The translations under genes were made by a program, and so were the position numbers. Positions 36,369 to 50,966 of a stretch of DNA of 64,000 bases are shown piece after piece. The notes under the pieces are model-generated. The model saw only the letters and a program-made list of their open reading frames with translations, was not told the DNA's origin and did no database searches. How positions within the stretch are numbered: the stretch's first letter is position 1; every line of letters starts with the position of its first letter. The stretch comes from Ramazzottius varieornatus (Eukaryota > Animalia > Tardigrada): the NCBI GenBank assembly GCA_001949185.1, contig BDGG01000001.1:3737324-3801323 (forward strand). Direction: 5' to 3'.

Positions 36369-39300
36369 GTTGAATATCCCGTCAGTCCGCCGGCCACACC
36401 AGAAGCCAAAAGTTTCGTCAGAGAAGATCATGGTGGACAGTGATGGGATCACAAGTTGCGCTACTGTATCCTCGCTCACATCTCTCGCTACGGATAGGGA
36501 CACTTGTACTGCCACTCATCCGCTAAATTGAAAGTCATTCGATAAATCACCCCAAAAGTCCACTAGATAATATACAGAATATATACACTTCTGTTGCCCG
36601 ATCACACTCGCCTCCACAGCTCGTACTGCAAACTAGACCGAGGTATTCCAGTACGTTCGCCGCATGAAACGTAAGGCCGACAACACAACGGAAGAGAAAT
36701 AATCGACAAAGATTCGATACACACACATACACACACACCGCGCCTTGACGCGCGCAGGCATTTGCATGGTAGGATACTCAGTATTACCGGCATAAAGAGG
36801 CGGGGCTTCATTGGTATTGGTTGGTTCAACGCGCGCTTTTCTGTGTTCGATATCAAACTGGGGGTATTGTACGATCATGTCAAAGTCTGACAGATCTGCT
36901 TTGGATCGGATAGAGCAGCTTGCTGTGCTAAATTGTTAATGCTGTTCATGTTGATAATAACGTTACCGGGCCGAGCGGCGCTCGTTTCTGGACAGGCCAT
37001 ACAATTTCGCGTGGCAATCTCCCGGAAAGCTATCGTACCGCGGGGTATATTCAGGGTTGGGAGTGAATATGTCTGAACGACCGAGAGAAACAACAGATGT
37101 GATCCAGATTTCAAGCTACTTGAAAACAGGGATAGGGGTTTCATGGAGGCTCAAGTGCGCCGCCAGAATGTGGTTACCTAGGATGAAATGGCCGGTTGAG
37201 TACACACTCCCAAGTGCTTCTGTGTTCTAGTTGGGATGCGTCCGACTTTTCGATGAACTTCAGATGAGACGCGCATGCGAACGATACCTCGCACAAAGGT
37301 TCATCAGATGAAAAACACTTGACTGCAGCTTGCAAGAGTAGAGTTGGAACCGTGCGGTTTTTTGTCTCGTAAGAAGGTGTCATTGGCGCAAGAGTTTCTT
37401 CGCCAAATGCGCACAATTACGGTCAGATTCAGTTAGCTAGAGAGAAAGCCAACCATAATCTTCGAGCTCGACTTATACTCGCATGCGTCGGCCATACAGA
37501 AAATCGAACAACCAGGAACTTTTAAAGTTCTGGGCTAATATTCGTGTGAGGCCCGTGACCACTTCGCAGAAAAGCGTTGGTTAGGTCACCAACTGCCTTT
37601 TCGAGTAGAGTTTTCTTGGCTCGATCTATATTTTAATATTAGTAATGGATTCGGATGACGCAGATGTGAAAGCTGAAAAACGGGAACCTTCCAATAATTA
37701 TCTCAAAGTCAGGCAATCGAGAAGCCCGAGTGTTGTTCGCTTGCACTGTAGCGCCCTCTTGTGGCGAGACAACTGGGCGAAGTGGTGGGAAAGCGAAGTC
37801 TGGACTCTGGACTACGACAAAGTCGACGCACCATAATGACACCGGCAGACGGAGAAAATTATCGTTATGGAGTGACACTTGGCTGTGGAAATGGTCAGCA
37901 GATTGACAATGGCCACTACGTCCAGGCACCAACAGAAGCCACTTTGGCGTATTTTGATGTATGAGAAATATTGTTACTATTTCATGAGTCTGGACGTGCA
38001 GGACTGTTACCTTTCGTGACCACACGACAGCTGGTACAACACATTAGCTCCAAGGACTATAATGTCCCAACGGGAACAACCGTCCATCCCCTGCCACCAT
38101 AATCTTACTCCCACAGGACTTCAATATGGGTTGACTGATGATCGAGTAACTCTATAACGCTCACATTAGAAGTTAGTACTATTGTGATGGCGAAAAATAC
38201 ATGGGCTTCACTGTATGCAGGAAAGAGTCGGCTTTACGAGGCCTTCGCTTGTCATGTCCCTTAATCCATAGGACTAAATTCGTAAATTATTTTTCGATTG
38301 AAGTCATCGACCTTCATGTCTTCTGCCTGGAACGCAGTCAGAAAAGGACGGTGGAAAAATTATTCCCTGAAGAATACGGTTTTCATTCCCCAATGGGAAA
38401 ATAACGCGGAGAAACAAGGTGGGAAACAGGTCGAGAGACCTGGCGAAAAAATGTCATTCCCTGAAGATTAATTTACTGGCGCTGTTCGATGTCCCCGTGA
38501 ACCCCAACCTGCGCACTGTGCAGTCAATTTACGCAGACTGTCGACCATATTGTTTCATCTCTCGATCCCGAGGGTGAATCAATATTGCTTTAGGAGGATC
38601 TTGTCATATTCCCGTCCGCAAATGAGGTCTGTGCTCGTAGGCACTTCACACCACCTGTGATATGTCTCATCCAAGGTTGAAAACCAAAGAACAGAATACA
38701 CAGCGAGGTACTAGAGGCGTAACAGGATATATTTGGGGCGATTTGAGGCCGGATACTCCCCTTCTCAAAAGCTAGGTGGCATTTCCAATGTGCTAAATGA
38801 CTTTCTAGCGCCCTTTTCCCTCATACAGTTACGCAATGAAAGCCAAGAAATCTGCATGTGAATAGTTCATGATGTCGCGCGAGCTTTCGGACATTTTATC
38901 CTTTTTTCCCATGACATTTCTGCTTTCAAGAAGAAAACGACATGCAATCGAGAAATGTCCATAAAGGCATCGAGAAGGCTTTTTCCATAGATGTAATGGA
39001 TTAATCTGGGAAGCTCGCATTGCGAGATGCATTGCTCCAGTCACTCCCATTCTTGCCAGCATTAACCCGTCGACAATGATGCCATTTGGCCAACTCCACC
39101 CATTTTGAGTATGTCGACCAGTGTAGGTCTAATGTTGAACTAATGACTGCAGCGCCGTCTGTGGTGAATGTTAGGTGATCGTTAAAGGATCTTCTTGCAC
39201 TCTTGATGATCGTCAGCTCGTAAGCCTACCAGCTACCTTACGCAGATCCGGTAGTGAAACGTTTGTACGGAAGCTTCATTTTCACTACTGTGTGAAAATT

Positions 39301-42300
39301 CGTTGCTGAGTAGGCCAATCCGATAACCCCATCATCAGACGCGGCACGGTGTTGTCTGTATTTTCTCTTTACTGCCAAACACCAGTTCGATCGTAACCGC
39401 TACACCTGTCTGAGTTTTTTCCACCAGGAAGGCTGCAATCGCGTTCTGCTTCCCGAAGAACCCGTGCCTCTTCCAGCCACAGCTTGCTTATCCATTGGCT
39501 GCTTTTGGGCGTTTCCCGAAGTTTACGTGTTCCTTCGTCCTGGGTTTCTGTTTTACATACTGAGTTTGTCACGGGTTCGGAAATATGTGAAAAATCACAT
39601 CGGAGTTTTCCCTTTCGAGTGTTTGTTGCCGCAGATTCCGTTTTTCCTTGCTGCGCCACAACCATGTTACGCCCACATCCATCGAGGAATTTTAAGTCTC
39701 TTCTGCTCCCTTTCATCGGTAAGCAAAAGCTTGTCCAATGTAGAAGTGAGAATAAGCGTGTAATCCATTGATACTTGAAAGTCATCTTATGAACGAACAC
39801 TAAAGGCACTGGAATTCGTGGGAAAGTGTTTTCGCTTTTCTTGGCCTTTCCCTTGAGGTGTCGTGCAGGGTTGGCCATTTGCATGTCTGTGTTCAAAATC
39901 TGAGAGTATTTTCTTTGCACGTAATTGGGTTGTTCGAATCGTATCCAAAAGAGGGAATATTTTTACGACAATAGATTCCGTGCCTGTCTGCCCAGGGAAG
40001 CAGCTTGGCCTAGTTACAGGTGGGGACTGGGATGTTGGGAATAGCGCAAAGTCAGCATAAATATCGATTCTGTAAAGCGGTTTTGTGTCGATTGCATCGC
40101 CAAAGAAAGCATCACGTAAGGCAACCATACTAATCCCATGCAGATCAGTTCGTTCAGAACACTGGGAAACCAAAGCTAAGCTGGGATGTCCAGGACCAAA
40201 TCTAATTAGTGGTGGCACGCTCTGTGTTGCAGCCAATAACTGCCAACTTGCCCGGAGAAAAATGCCCCATTTGAAGAGCTGGACAGGATGAATAATTGAC
40301 TTGTCTGCGATTCGTTAAACTTTGTCAGATTAAGGCCAATTTCCACACTTTTGCTTTCTGACTCAATCACCCTGTTAGCTTTTTCCTGGCTGAATGGGAA
40401 ACACTTCACCGAACGATCTGAATATTTTGCGACAATTTTTCCTCAAATACGTTGGTGTGAAGAAAGTTTTCGTTGTTGATTTGGTTCGCTTTGCTCGATA
40501 CGTTTGGCTTGACGGAAGATGAGTGATGTGGCGGTATACCGTATAGCAAGTGATGCAAAGACGGTCAGTTACGCTAGAAAGAGGTAATTATTGACTGTGT
40601 CAACAGCTGAAAAGGAGAGGCACATGAAGATCAGGGTTAATACGCACATTACTCAAAAGCCCATGTTTGTTTTTTACGCAATATGGACAATGGACGCAGT
40701 GTTTTTCTCAGCGCTTAATGTAGCAATCGATTTCCTCCATTGCATACGCTGAATGATTTAACGAAACTTGAAACTGCGGGGGAAGATCATCACGCAAATT
40801 GCCGATCTCCGGAATAATAACGAGGAACCGGTAAACAGCGTTCGCTTGCTTTGCACGCACCTGCGTACATGGATACCATGGTAGTGGGGCGACATGGTGT
40901 ATGCAGGTGGGCGGGATATTTCCTATATACGCCTCTTAGGCACTGTATATGGGCCATGAAGATTAGAGTAACGATGGGATGCTTACTGCATACCAAAAAT
41001 TGTGAGCTGAGGAAGGCTTTGTAGCAAGCCAATTTTAAACTGAGCTTATCTCTTGATTACCTGTTGTAATGAATGTGTGAGCATGTACTGGTCAAGACGT
41101 CGGGTCATGTCTGTGTTGGTTCTCGCGCCTAATGCGACAATCAATCCATCTTTTAACAAGACGTCGGACAATAGGATTATCACCCTTTCACCCACTCATA
41201 ACCGCATCTTTCATCACTCTGCCTCAATAGCCACGATAGACTGCCGTTATCTCCATTCCCATTCAAAACGTCAGCCACTTCTTGATATGATTGCTAACTT
41301 GTAAATTAGCGCTTGACTAAGCTAGACCAGCTGGCTCGCTTGACCGCATCGGTCAGTTACTAGTGCTAGTCTCCTTTGTTCGTCAAGACTTGTCAGGAAG
41401 CACATGGAGCTCTTCAACTTCCGTAACTTCTGCACTCGAGTCGAGAAACCTATAATTTATGCATATCGTAAATGTGCTAAAAACTTTTCTGGAAATCGTT
41501 CGCTGGGCGAGAAGTTCGGTCGACTGACAAACTTCTGGGCGGAAAGAAGGCTGCATGTCAAAGAACGAAAAATTGAGTTGTTAATTGAATGCCGTGGCTG
41601 GCTTAATGATTATGTTGGTTAATTGGGCATTGCACCGAGAATTGGGAGGTTTGATTTTCGAAGACTAGTTTCCCAGCTAGATGACGCAAGACTGAGTCGT
41701 AAATCAATCGCGAAAAGCTGGTTTTTATGATTGATAAGATGGCCAACTTAATCGCTCCAATAAACATATACTCTTTAATCGGCAAAGTGGGTGTTTTGGA
41801 CAGTCATGCAGTCCTTCGAACTCAGCTCCTGCAAAATTGTAAATGTCTGGGAAAATAGGCCAAGAAACGGTAGACAAGGAGGAAAATTGCAGTTGGGAGG
41901 GCGCATTATGATGGAATAATGGGCGGCTGGCAGCGCTTTGTGTCTGTCAGATATGTTGACATTCATTATTTGCGTAATTTGTGTTCGTGGATGCGTGCGT
42001 CCGGTGGAGCCATGGACAATTATGGTTCATTGTAGCGTAGAACGTTGAGAAGAGCTTCTTTGGTCGGCAAAGAAAGCCAGAAGACCATCTTCTCCTCCCC
42101 TGCATCTCGAGCTCACTTCAATATCACTCTTTTCAAGTGTCCGCTCTGACTGATGGGCCAACGTGTGAAAACGAACATCTTCTCTTTCTCCGTTGAGTCC
42201 GAAATATGGCCGTGAACCGTGACGATCAGATGTGCGAGTCAAGAGTCGCCATCGACCGACCTGCATGCAGACCATACCTCTGAACTTCTCTGGTGCCTGT

Positions 42301-44805
42301 TTAAACTCTCTTTACAGAATCGGAAGTGATATGGGAAAAAAAATCCATTTTTACAAGCTAGTTCAACATTCATTGTCTGCGTGATGACAATCATCACTAG
42401 CGAGGACAGTACAAGAGCGAGACAATCAGTCGATCGGAAGCAGCGATCACGATTCTTTTACAGTTATTTGAGCCGTAACTCTTCTCGATCTTTGTCGTCG
42501 CAATCATTCATTCATGGCCTTTCTTACCAAGCCGCGATGAGGCACGTTCGACATTTCAACTGAGAGCATGATGGATGGGCACGATGAAATTTTTGCTTGT
42601 TTTCCGTGGGTGGTGCCGTGTGGTCCGATCGGCAGACACGCCACTGTGAACACTGTCGGGGAAGTTTGTTTGTAATGAAAACCTATTCCCGCTTAATCCA
42701 CGCCCCGACACTTTGCTCCTCTTGGTCCATCTGATACGCACAACATGCGTCTTAGTGGCGGTTCACTGGTGTTATAAGAGCTCCATAAAGAACGTCGTAT
42801 ATTTTTACTGCCCCTGCTCCGTCGTGGTTATGAAGTTGCACCACTTACCGCGAAACGCACATTTAACTTCGTTCAACACCGTTTTCGCCGCTGATCTTAG
42901 TGCTTACCCTCTTTGTCAAAGTTTTATTGTAAATAGCGAACTTGACTGCATAAGTGAAGAGCTCGTATGGCGGCAAGAAGTTAGCCGAGCATCTCAATAG
43001 AAAACGCGGTAACGAATTCCGCCGAAGAAGGAGATAATAAAATTTTCTCCAAGTATTGAATAAAGTCAAGTCAAAACCTATTGTGTAAAAGAAGATCTGA
43101 TATGGCTGAATTCGCAAAACAATACTGAGTGAACAGAGTACAATATCGTATGGAAGGAAATGAAACAAAAACCAACGAGCGGAATATGTTTGTGTCGAAA
43201 GGGTCTTGATGGCTCATTTCCGGTCTTTCAAGTTGCGGACAGTGCGTTGATCGACAAAAAAGGTTTGCCATAAGCTCGGCAAACAACCTTTATTCTTCCG
43301 TTTATTTGAGAAGAAAAAAGAACTGATGGGGCCGGGAATCTGGAAGTTTGAAACTAGTTACGCCATATTACACGAGTCTTTGAGCTGCTCTACTTGGCAA
43401 TTCCCATGCGGGTCTATTTGGCTTTGAAATGGAAAATCGCCCTGCGCAACTAATATTCTTTAGTCCACTATGTTACTGTGTCGAAGTGTTTATGTTTGTG
43501 ACGCTTCTGGCCACACACGCGGGCTATGCAAATACCTCCAAAATTCAATAACATCAAAGACAAATATGGGGTTTTTTGTCCTGTTCACTGAAAAGAACTT
43601 TGTGCACGTGTCCGAACCGGCATTGCACTTCTAAACATCAACATTTGACCGTAGGAATGATTAATTGCCGGCAGTCGACCCACCTTAGTACTTATCCGCT
43701 TGTAAATTCTGGTTTCCGAAAACATGTCATATTCGATTAGGGATTTTATCCATTGAGATTGGCGACACACTGTCTGCTTTCAGGATCATTTCGTTCGATA
43801 ATTTACAGTTGAAGCTATCTTTTCTTCGATCGGACATGAGGAGACAAAGTCAACATCTTTGAGTGGGGTAAATTTGAAGAAGGGCGTGGTCATCGTGAGA
43901 AAAAACTTCACGGTTTCCTGCAGCGCGCAAAACAAAGTTTAGGAAGTATGCGAGTTTCTTTACGCTTTATTGGCCACATGTAGTAGCGTTCGATGGGGTT
44001 ATTCACTCAACAAGAACGAATAAAGCAATATTGTTTCTGGTTTTTTTTCGAGTAGCAGAACTGGCTTGGTGTAAACCGGACATTCCGTGTGGGCGCCACT
44101 TAAGCGTTTGTTTATACTTGTTTATAATTCTTGCAAGTCCGTCTTGATACTTTCATGAGGTGCTGGGAAGACATGTGATCACGTGACGTCGGAAGTGACC
44201 AATCGGAAGTTCGGTCCGAGTGTGCGAAAGTAGTGCAAAGGCGCGGTTCGTGTCGGTGCACTGCCGCTCTGCTCGATCAAGCGGCGCATGTTGATGTACT
44301 GTACAGAATATGCGCGACTCTATGTGGGTAGTGACTGTGCTCTTACAGTGTTGTCGTTGGCCTTGGGAAGGACATGCTTGTATGATGCCGGGGTTGGCCA
44401 GACAAGCGTGCACTATGTATTCGGCGCGATGAGGTTGCCGCCAACTTATAATTTGCCTTGTGTTATCATGAGATTTGTTCCCCTTGATTACGTTCTGGTC
44501 AGACATACTGACGACGGCTAGCATACCATACCATTCCATGCCGACCACTACATTCTATTTTTGTGTTAATTTCGGGAAAGCGAGACCTTTCTCAGCTTCC
44601 TACGCGTTTCTCGGTGAGACGCTGCTGCTGTTGTTGTTGTAATGGGCTGCGCGTGTTGACCAAATCAATGAATTACAATTCTCTTGTTGGACCATTGTGG
44701 AAAATTAGCATATCAAGTGGCTGTGGCCACTTTTGAAGGATGTTTGTTTCATATTTGCGCCATTCGATCTATCGGTAGTGAGCCTGGGCAGTGTTGAAAT
44801 CGGAC

Positions 44806-47800
44806 ATGGCGTTGCATCTGTTATCTGGTGTCTTTGTAGCTGTCATCCTCTTCTGGTCCACCTGCGCACATGCGGCCACTTCTCTCAACAGTCTGGCACT
44901 AGTTCTCAACGGACCGGACGTGGCCAACTATGGATCGACCGTTGTCTTTAAGTGTTCCTGGCAGGCTGACGATCTCGTCTTCCGGATATTATGGCGAATA
45001 CAGCTGGCAGGCTCCTCTGTCCCGCTGGAATACACCCTCAAGAATGCAGCACAAAGTGAGCCTGTGTCATTAAGTAACGCCGGCAGCGATGGTCCGCTAC
45101 AGGGCGAGGCTAGTGTGGACACCAGGAATAACTTCTCAACACTGACACTCCGGAACGTCTCCTTTGTCGATGGACTCTACACGTGTGTCGTCTCGTCAGT
45201 AACGGCGGAGAAGCTGACCAACAAGTCTCTCAGAGTTGTCGGTAAGCAAAACTCTCTTGTCAGAATATTTCGCTAGTTTTCAAAATATTCTTAGAGTACT
45301 TCGAAATTCTTCGAAACGAGAATATTTGAACAAGGAAGTAAATCGAGTTAGGAATAGACTGGACGAGTGGACAATAAATCAATAGGAGAGTTGTGGAAGA
45401 GCGCCCGGAGCTGTGGGTTGGATTTCGTTTCAGCTGGGCGCTTGAATCTGTTATCGCTTTAATACGATGAAGATTTGCGTCGAGCTGATTAACATCAGAA
45501 GCTGCCGAAGATTTTACGAGGCCGGCCGGCGTTATGGCCGCAGCTGCTCCGGAGCAATCTCGTAAAATTTTCTCCATTCGGCCTTCTCCAAAGGAATATG
45601 GCTGTTTGGTTGGGAAGTTGTAACCATAAAAGCATCCAGAAAGTGCACTGTTAACGGGCGGAGATCGCAGCTCGTTACAGTCAGATCAGTGGACTAATCG
45701 GAAAGATCTTTGGCGGAGCAATGGCGGAATGTGCTTATTAACTGCCCAATGCTCGGAGGAAATAAACAGAAACAGATAGAGAAGAGATAGCCAAGCGCCT
45801 TTTGGGGCGAACTCAATCAATCGATGATGATTCGGGCAATTTGTGGGGAAATTGTCTTAATCTGTTACACTACTTTGTGGATTAAATTGAGCAAAGTTCC
45901 GCATCAGTGACCACTAAGCAAACATATATCTTCCAGTCCGCAGCTCATCTATCAAGTTTTGGCGTATTCGGCCACTGTCCTTCCGCCATGCTCTGTAATA
46001 TGCATGTTGTTTGTTTGCAGCTCCACCTGATCAAATCATCTCCCGAGTGAACCTCACGCACAATAACAGTAGTTTCCTGACCAATGGCTCAACCATCGGA
46101 CCGTATCTGGAAGGGACCGGTTTCGAGATCAACTGCTTTGTCGCTTGGTCCAGACCACCGGCCAAGATTATCTGGTACAGGAAAGACCTCCAAGGTAATT
46201 AAAAATTCAATATGCCACGCCCATCATGGTCAAACAAAAATGGAAAAGAAAGCTGGCAATTACATTCGGCACCACTTTCATAAACCTGCATACACGCTGA
46301 TCATTCTGAATCGATGGCCCAGTGTACGCAGGTTGTTTGCCCGGAAATTTTGCCCGGCTTTTGGCAGATCTTCCGGGAAGTATTGAGATGAATACTGTTC
46401 GATCAAATAATCCATAATTCTACCGGTTTAAGCTTCTGACGACAAGTTTATAGTTTTTCCGATTAATTAAAATTCTTTATGGAGAAGTGTGGAGTGATTG
46501 CCGCTGGTGGAGAGCGTGATTAGGAACTAATGAGACATCCGACATGGCGCTTCGGACCAAAATTCGCATGTCAGATACTTGTTGTAGTGTGACGGAGTGA
46601 AGAGTGAAGACGATCAATCTGGTGGTTCTCGGGGAATAATGACAGGTTCTTGCACCGCAATTTTAGGTCAGTTATACCCTATGGAAAGCCAGAGTGGACC
46701 ACAGAAGCAGCAGATGGAAGCAAGTGGTGGCTGGCGGGTCAGTCGTTCCATGTACTTCCGGCTGGATTCACGACGTTTAATGGGAAACGTATTGATTTGT
46801 CAAGCGGAAAACGAGGCCACAAGTCAGCCCGTCCAGACCGCTTATCGCTTGGATATGTTAGGTAAGATGAGGATGACTGATGGGATTTTAACTCGGCTCG
46901 TGCCGGATGTGATATCAGGTCGCTCATCAATCTGTCGTTGCTTTTTTCTCCCTCTAAACAGTTCCGCCAACCAATATTAGCCTGTCCAGTCTCAATGGCG
47001 TCCAGCTACGCGAAGGACTATTGTACCAAGTCAACTGCACAGTCTGGAACGCCAAACCCTTCGCCACCATTACTTGGACGCTCGACAGGGAACCCATTAG
47101 CCGCTTCATCGTCAATGATACGCTGCCGGGAGAAACCGAGGGAACTTTCTCCACTCGCAGTGTCTTCACTTACAGCGCGAACCCTGATGACAATGGCAAA
47201 GCACTTAGCTGCATTGCCACACAGGAGGTCCTCACGGTCCAAAGGCGAGGAATGTCCAACAGTACCATCCTCAACGTTGTCTGTAAGTCAGAACAAAAAG
47301 CATTGGTAGAAATCCACCCCAACCCAATAACGAAAACATCGTAGATAAGTGGGGAAAAACTACAAGTAATTCGAAGAGACATTGTATTTCAAATCGCTGT
47401 ACGAAAATATGGGATGCCAAAGTAAAAACCAAAATATTTCATTCGTTTGAAACACACCGGCCTTTTTCAAAAGTGTTTAACGGCATAACAGATTGTCCGA
47501 GTAGTACGAAAGCTGGGTCTGTGTAATGTGACAGTTTGTCGTATCCATTTTGCGTGCTGAATTTTATTTTGATATGTTTCCGAATGTTATAAACAGATGT
47601 AAGGGTTGTCAATAAGTGCAAAGAATATCAACAAGTCGTGGTAGATTATTGCCGTTACTTCTGCAGATTCACCGAGGAATGTCATGACATCCAAGTCTCA
47701 CTTGTCACTAGTGGAGTGGCGTCTGCCCGAAACGGACACGCTCGGCGGCATCAATTGCACGGCAGATGCAAATCCTCCAGCTCAATATGTTTGGATGTTC

Positions 47801-50446
47801 AAAGAATCTGTGATTGCCACTGGTCCAACACTGGTCTTTGGCCGGAATGTCACCTTAGACGATGCCGGAGACTACTTCTGCATCGCGTCCAACGAAGTTG
47901 GCCAAACCAACATCAGCATGCAAGTTGATGTCCAATGTAAGTTTTTCCAATTTCCGGCTAAGCAAAATTGAATATAGAACCACTAAATGGGAGCTGGGCT
48001 AACAGAACGTGCAAGATCGTTGTCTCGAGCGGCGCACTCTTCCAGTTGATAACAATGGGATCGTGCGCCACTTATGGCGGCGATCTTGTACGTTTTTTCC
48101 CCACCTCATAAATGATTTGATTGAACTGAAAACACGAGACTTTTTCTTTGAAAGTTTTTTTTGTTAGTTTTGCGTAACCTGTTGCGTCATCGGATAGTGC
48201 CGATATGGTCAGTGAAATCTTTCAGGCGGTCAAATATAAATCAGCGTCGGTAAAGTGGCGTTGAAGTGCGCGTTAGAAGAGTCAAGCGCTGTATGATAAG
48301 CAATGGCGGAGATTGTTGATAAAGCTATCTTTAATAACATCTTCCCCTCTTTGACTGTTGGTAGATCGGCCCTACTGCTCCCGCTGTGCAAACGCCAGTG
48401 ATCCATGTTTGATCGGTGCGGCAATGGAGCAATCTCAGAGCGTCACTTGTGACATGGATGCCAGTCCCGCCGCGGACCTTGTCTACATGTGGAATGTCCC
48501 TCTCAACGAGACAACAACCGACAACGCTTTGGCCATACCAACCAACCTCGACACATCCTCATCATCATCAGCGTCGATTAATTACACGGTAAGATCCTCC
48601 GATGACTACCACGCGCTAGCCTGCTGGGCGCGCAACAGCATCGGCCTGTCCGAGCAGCCCTGCTATTTCCGTGTGGTGCCTGCGGGCCCGCCACACCCAC
48701 CGGAAAATTGCTCCATCATCACTGTGATGAGTTCAGGCTTCAGCCTGAAGTGCCGGCCAGGCTTTGACGGTGGACATCCGCAAAAGTTTGTCATGTCCAT
48801 TTGGGCCACCGGACAAGACGCCGATAACAGTGCCTTGTCATACAAGATATCGCCCTCCACCTCCAACAAGGCCCTCAGAAGTCAAGACGCGGTGGTCATG
48901 CCCGATGTTCGCGAGAATGTCTTCCCGGAATGGCTGGAGAAGGGACTGCAAGGCGGGAAAGACTACAGGGTGAAGATTGTCTCGAGAAACGAGGCGGGGA
49001 ACTCGCAACCGGTCTTCTTGGCTCTTCGCACTCTCAAGCCGGATGACTCGACCATAGGCTTGTCGACGACCGTCGTGGCGGCCATCGCGGGAAGCCTGGG
49101 TGGTTTCGCCTTCCTCATCCTCTTAGCCAGCGTTGCTTTCCTCTGTGTCAGAAGGAGAAAGAAGGGCGAATGTAAGTCCAGAAGGGAAAATACCTACTCG
49201 TAGTTGTTGTTGACGATGCGCCTGTTGATCTCGGTTCATGTATCTTATCATGCATATTTCACTACGGGAAAATTGTACGATACAAGTATTTTACTGATAT
49301 TTTCATGGAAGTCATGGTCTGACGAGGCAATAAAATTTCGCTCTTGGTAAATGGTGATGGGTCTCTTCTTCGGTGTGTTCTGTAAGTGTGTGGTTGAAGT
49401 ACGGTACTCTAACATAACGGTGTCTATCTACTGTAGTGAAAATTACTCAACCGGAAAGTCTTCGCTTGGGTAAGTCAGACTGGGAGTGGACAGTGCTGTA
49501 TGGTCCTAATGACTGCTTGTGGTACCCCGAACTATCGTAGTTCTCGCATGCTTGCTATTGCCTATCGCTACCAGTAGTTTTTCTTACCCTGTAATCAACA
49601 CCTACAACGACCCACAATTTCCGCATGTCATTTTCTATGTATGTTCTCTTCCGCGTCCCGCCTTCTCATCTCTCGGTTGCTTGCTTGCTCCATATATGCG
49701 TAGCTGAATCTGATGGTCAACTTTCGATACCCTGTTTTTTTGTTGTACTTTTGACCGAATGTCGGTTGTCGAGTATGTCCCGGGTCGCGGGGTCTCCCAC
49801 GGTTTAGTCTCCGAGCGATACTCGGACTGGCTACCTCTAATACTTTGTCGTTGTAGCGGTTGGTTCCGGGTCGGAAACCCACTCGAATAACAGCAGCAAC
49901 GATGGCAGCAAATCGGAACTGGTCAAAGGACCCAATAGTAACGGTGTCGTGAACGTTACCGCCAGAAGGCCGGATACGCTAACTTCAAAGAGCGCTGACT
50001 CGAATGGCAATGCGTCGGGCAATGGCTCAAACGGTCATCTCTACCACCAGACCGTTATCCAATCCAAGAAGGACCATCCAGTCACGGAAGTGACGTATAC
50101 TCGGGCATGTGACCTGCAAAGCAAGAAGCTTTCTGTCAAGGTATGGTAGGCTCGCCAATTCGGCAAATCGCTAAGTATTTCTGGAGCTAATTTGTGTTCA
50201 CTTTTGTAGCCGGTTCTTGGACCAAAACCTCCCTTAGTGAGCGGGAATGGAGTCGTGGTGGCAAGACCCGTCGACCGTACCCAGTACGCTGTTATTGACG
50301 TCTCGAAAAGCGGGAAGAGAGCAGCGCCGAGACCCAGTGAGGATATGGTAGCTCATGATGGCTCGCCCTTGCCCAACAGAACCAACGATGATATGCTGCA
50401 GCAGGAACCCAAGAATGGCATCTTGAAAACGGTCGCCGTAGTATAG
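44806..50446 (+). CDS. Sidestep (Side)-like protein: signal peptide, 5 Ig, FN3, TM, cytoplasmic tail; 9 exons
   Basis: Exons approx. 44806-45241, 46021-46194, 46667-46861, 46962-47282, 47667-47937, 48365-49171, 49437-49469, 49857-50140, 50210-50446 splice in frame. Side-family Ig5-FN3 signature LACWARNSIG..PCYFRVVPAGPP..NC..CRPGFDGGHPQKF. Confidence 0.88.
48011..48091. repeat. Palindromic AAGTGGCGCAC-family element (intronic copy)
   Basis: caagatcgttgtctcgagcggcgcac..gtgcgccacttatggcggcgatcttg. Confidence 0.7.
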
Positions 50447-50966
50447 GTTCCGAACTGATGCAAGCATGTGCGTTTAGACGATGTGGAGCTGTTTTATGGC
50501 TTCTTGACTCGTGAGGCGGCCCACAATGTGACAGTCTGCTGCTCCGGAGTAATCAATGTGACACCGTACTTTGCAATTTTTCTGGAACGTTAACATGAGA
50601 TGTTATGGTGTAGTACAGCTAGATTACTGTCGCTAGATTGTATATTGTATTGCAATATCTTGTACTTATCCCAGATAATAAAACCTCGGCGATAAAAGTT
50701 GTCTGTACCAAACGACAACTGCAATCTTTTTGAACGTGGTGATAGCGAACTGACTTTCGCTATCACGACGCTCCTGGTGTTGGATATTCCTGCCGTTGGA
50801 CATCAATAGGAAGTAATCGAATTATTGGAGATAAGTCCATCGGGCAAATGACATGTGAAGCAGTCATGAGGAAGCTAATTGTTAAATCAGTATTGCACAC
50901 TAGCGTTCACATTCAAGTCATCCGGCGTTTCATAAGCAAATTTTCCGTACAGAGGTAAATTTAAAA

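Noticed and set aside
38829-40409. Overlapping 149-aa and 183-aa minus-strand ORFs
   Set aside because: No recognisable domain or consistent splice model. May be decayed sequence.
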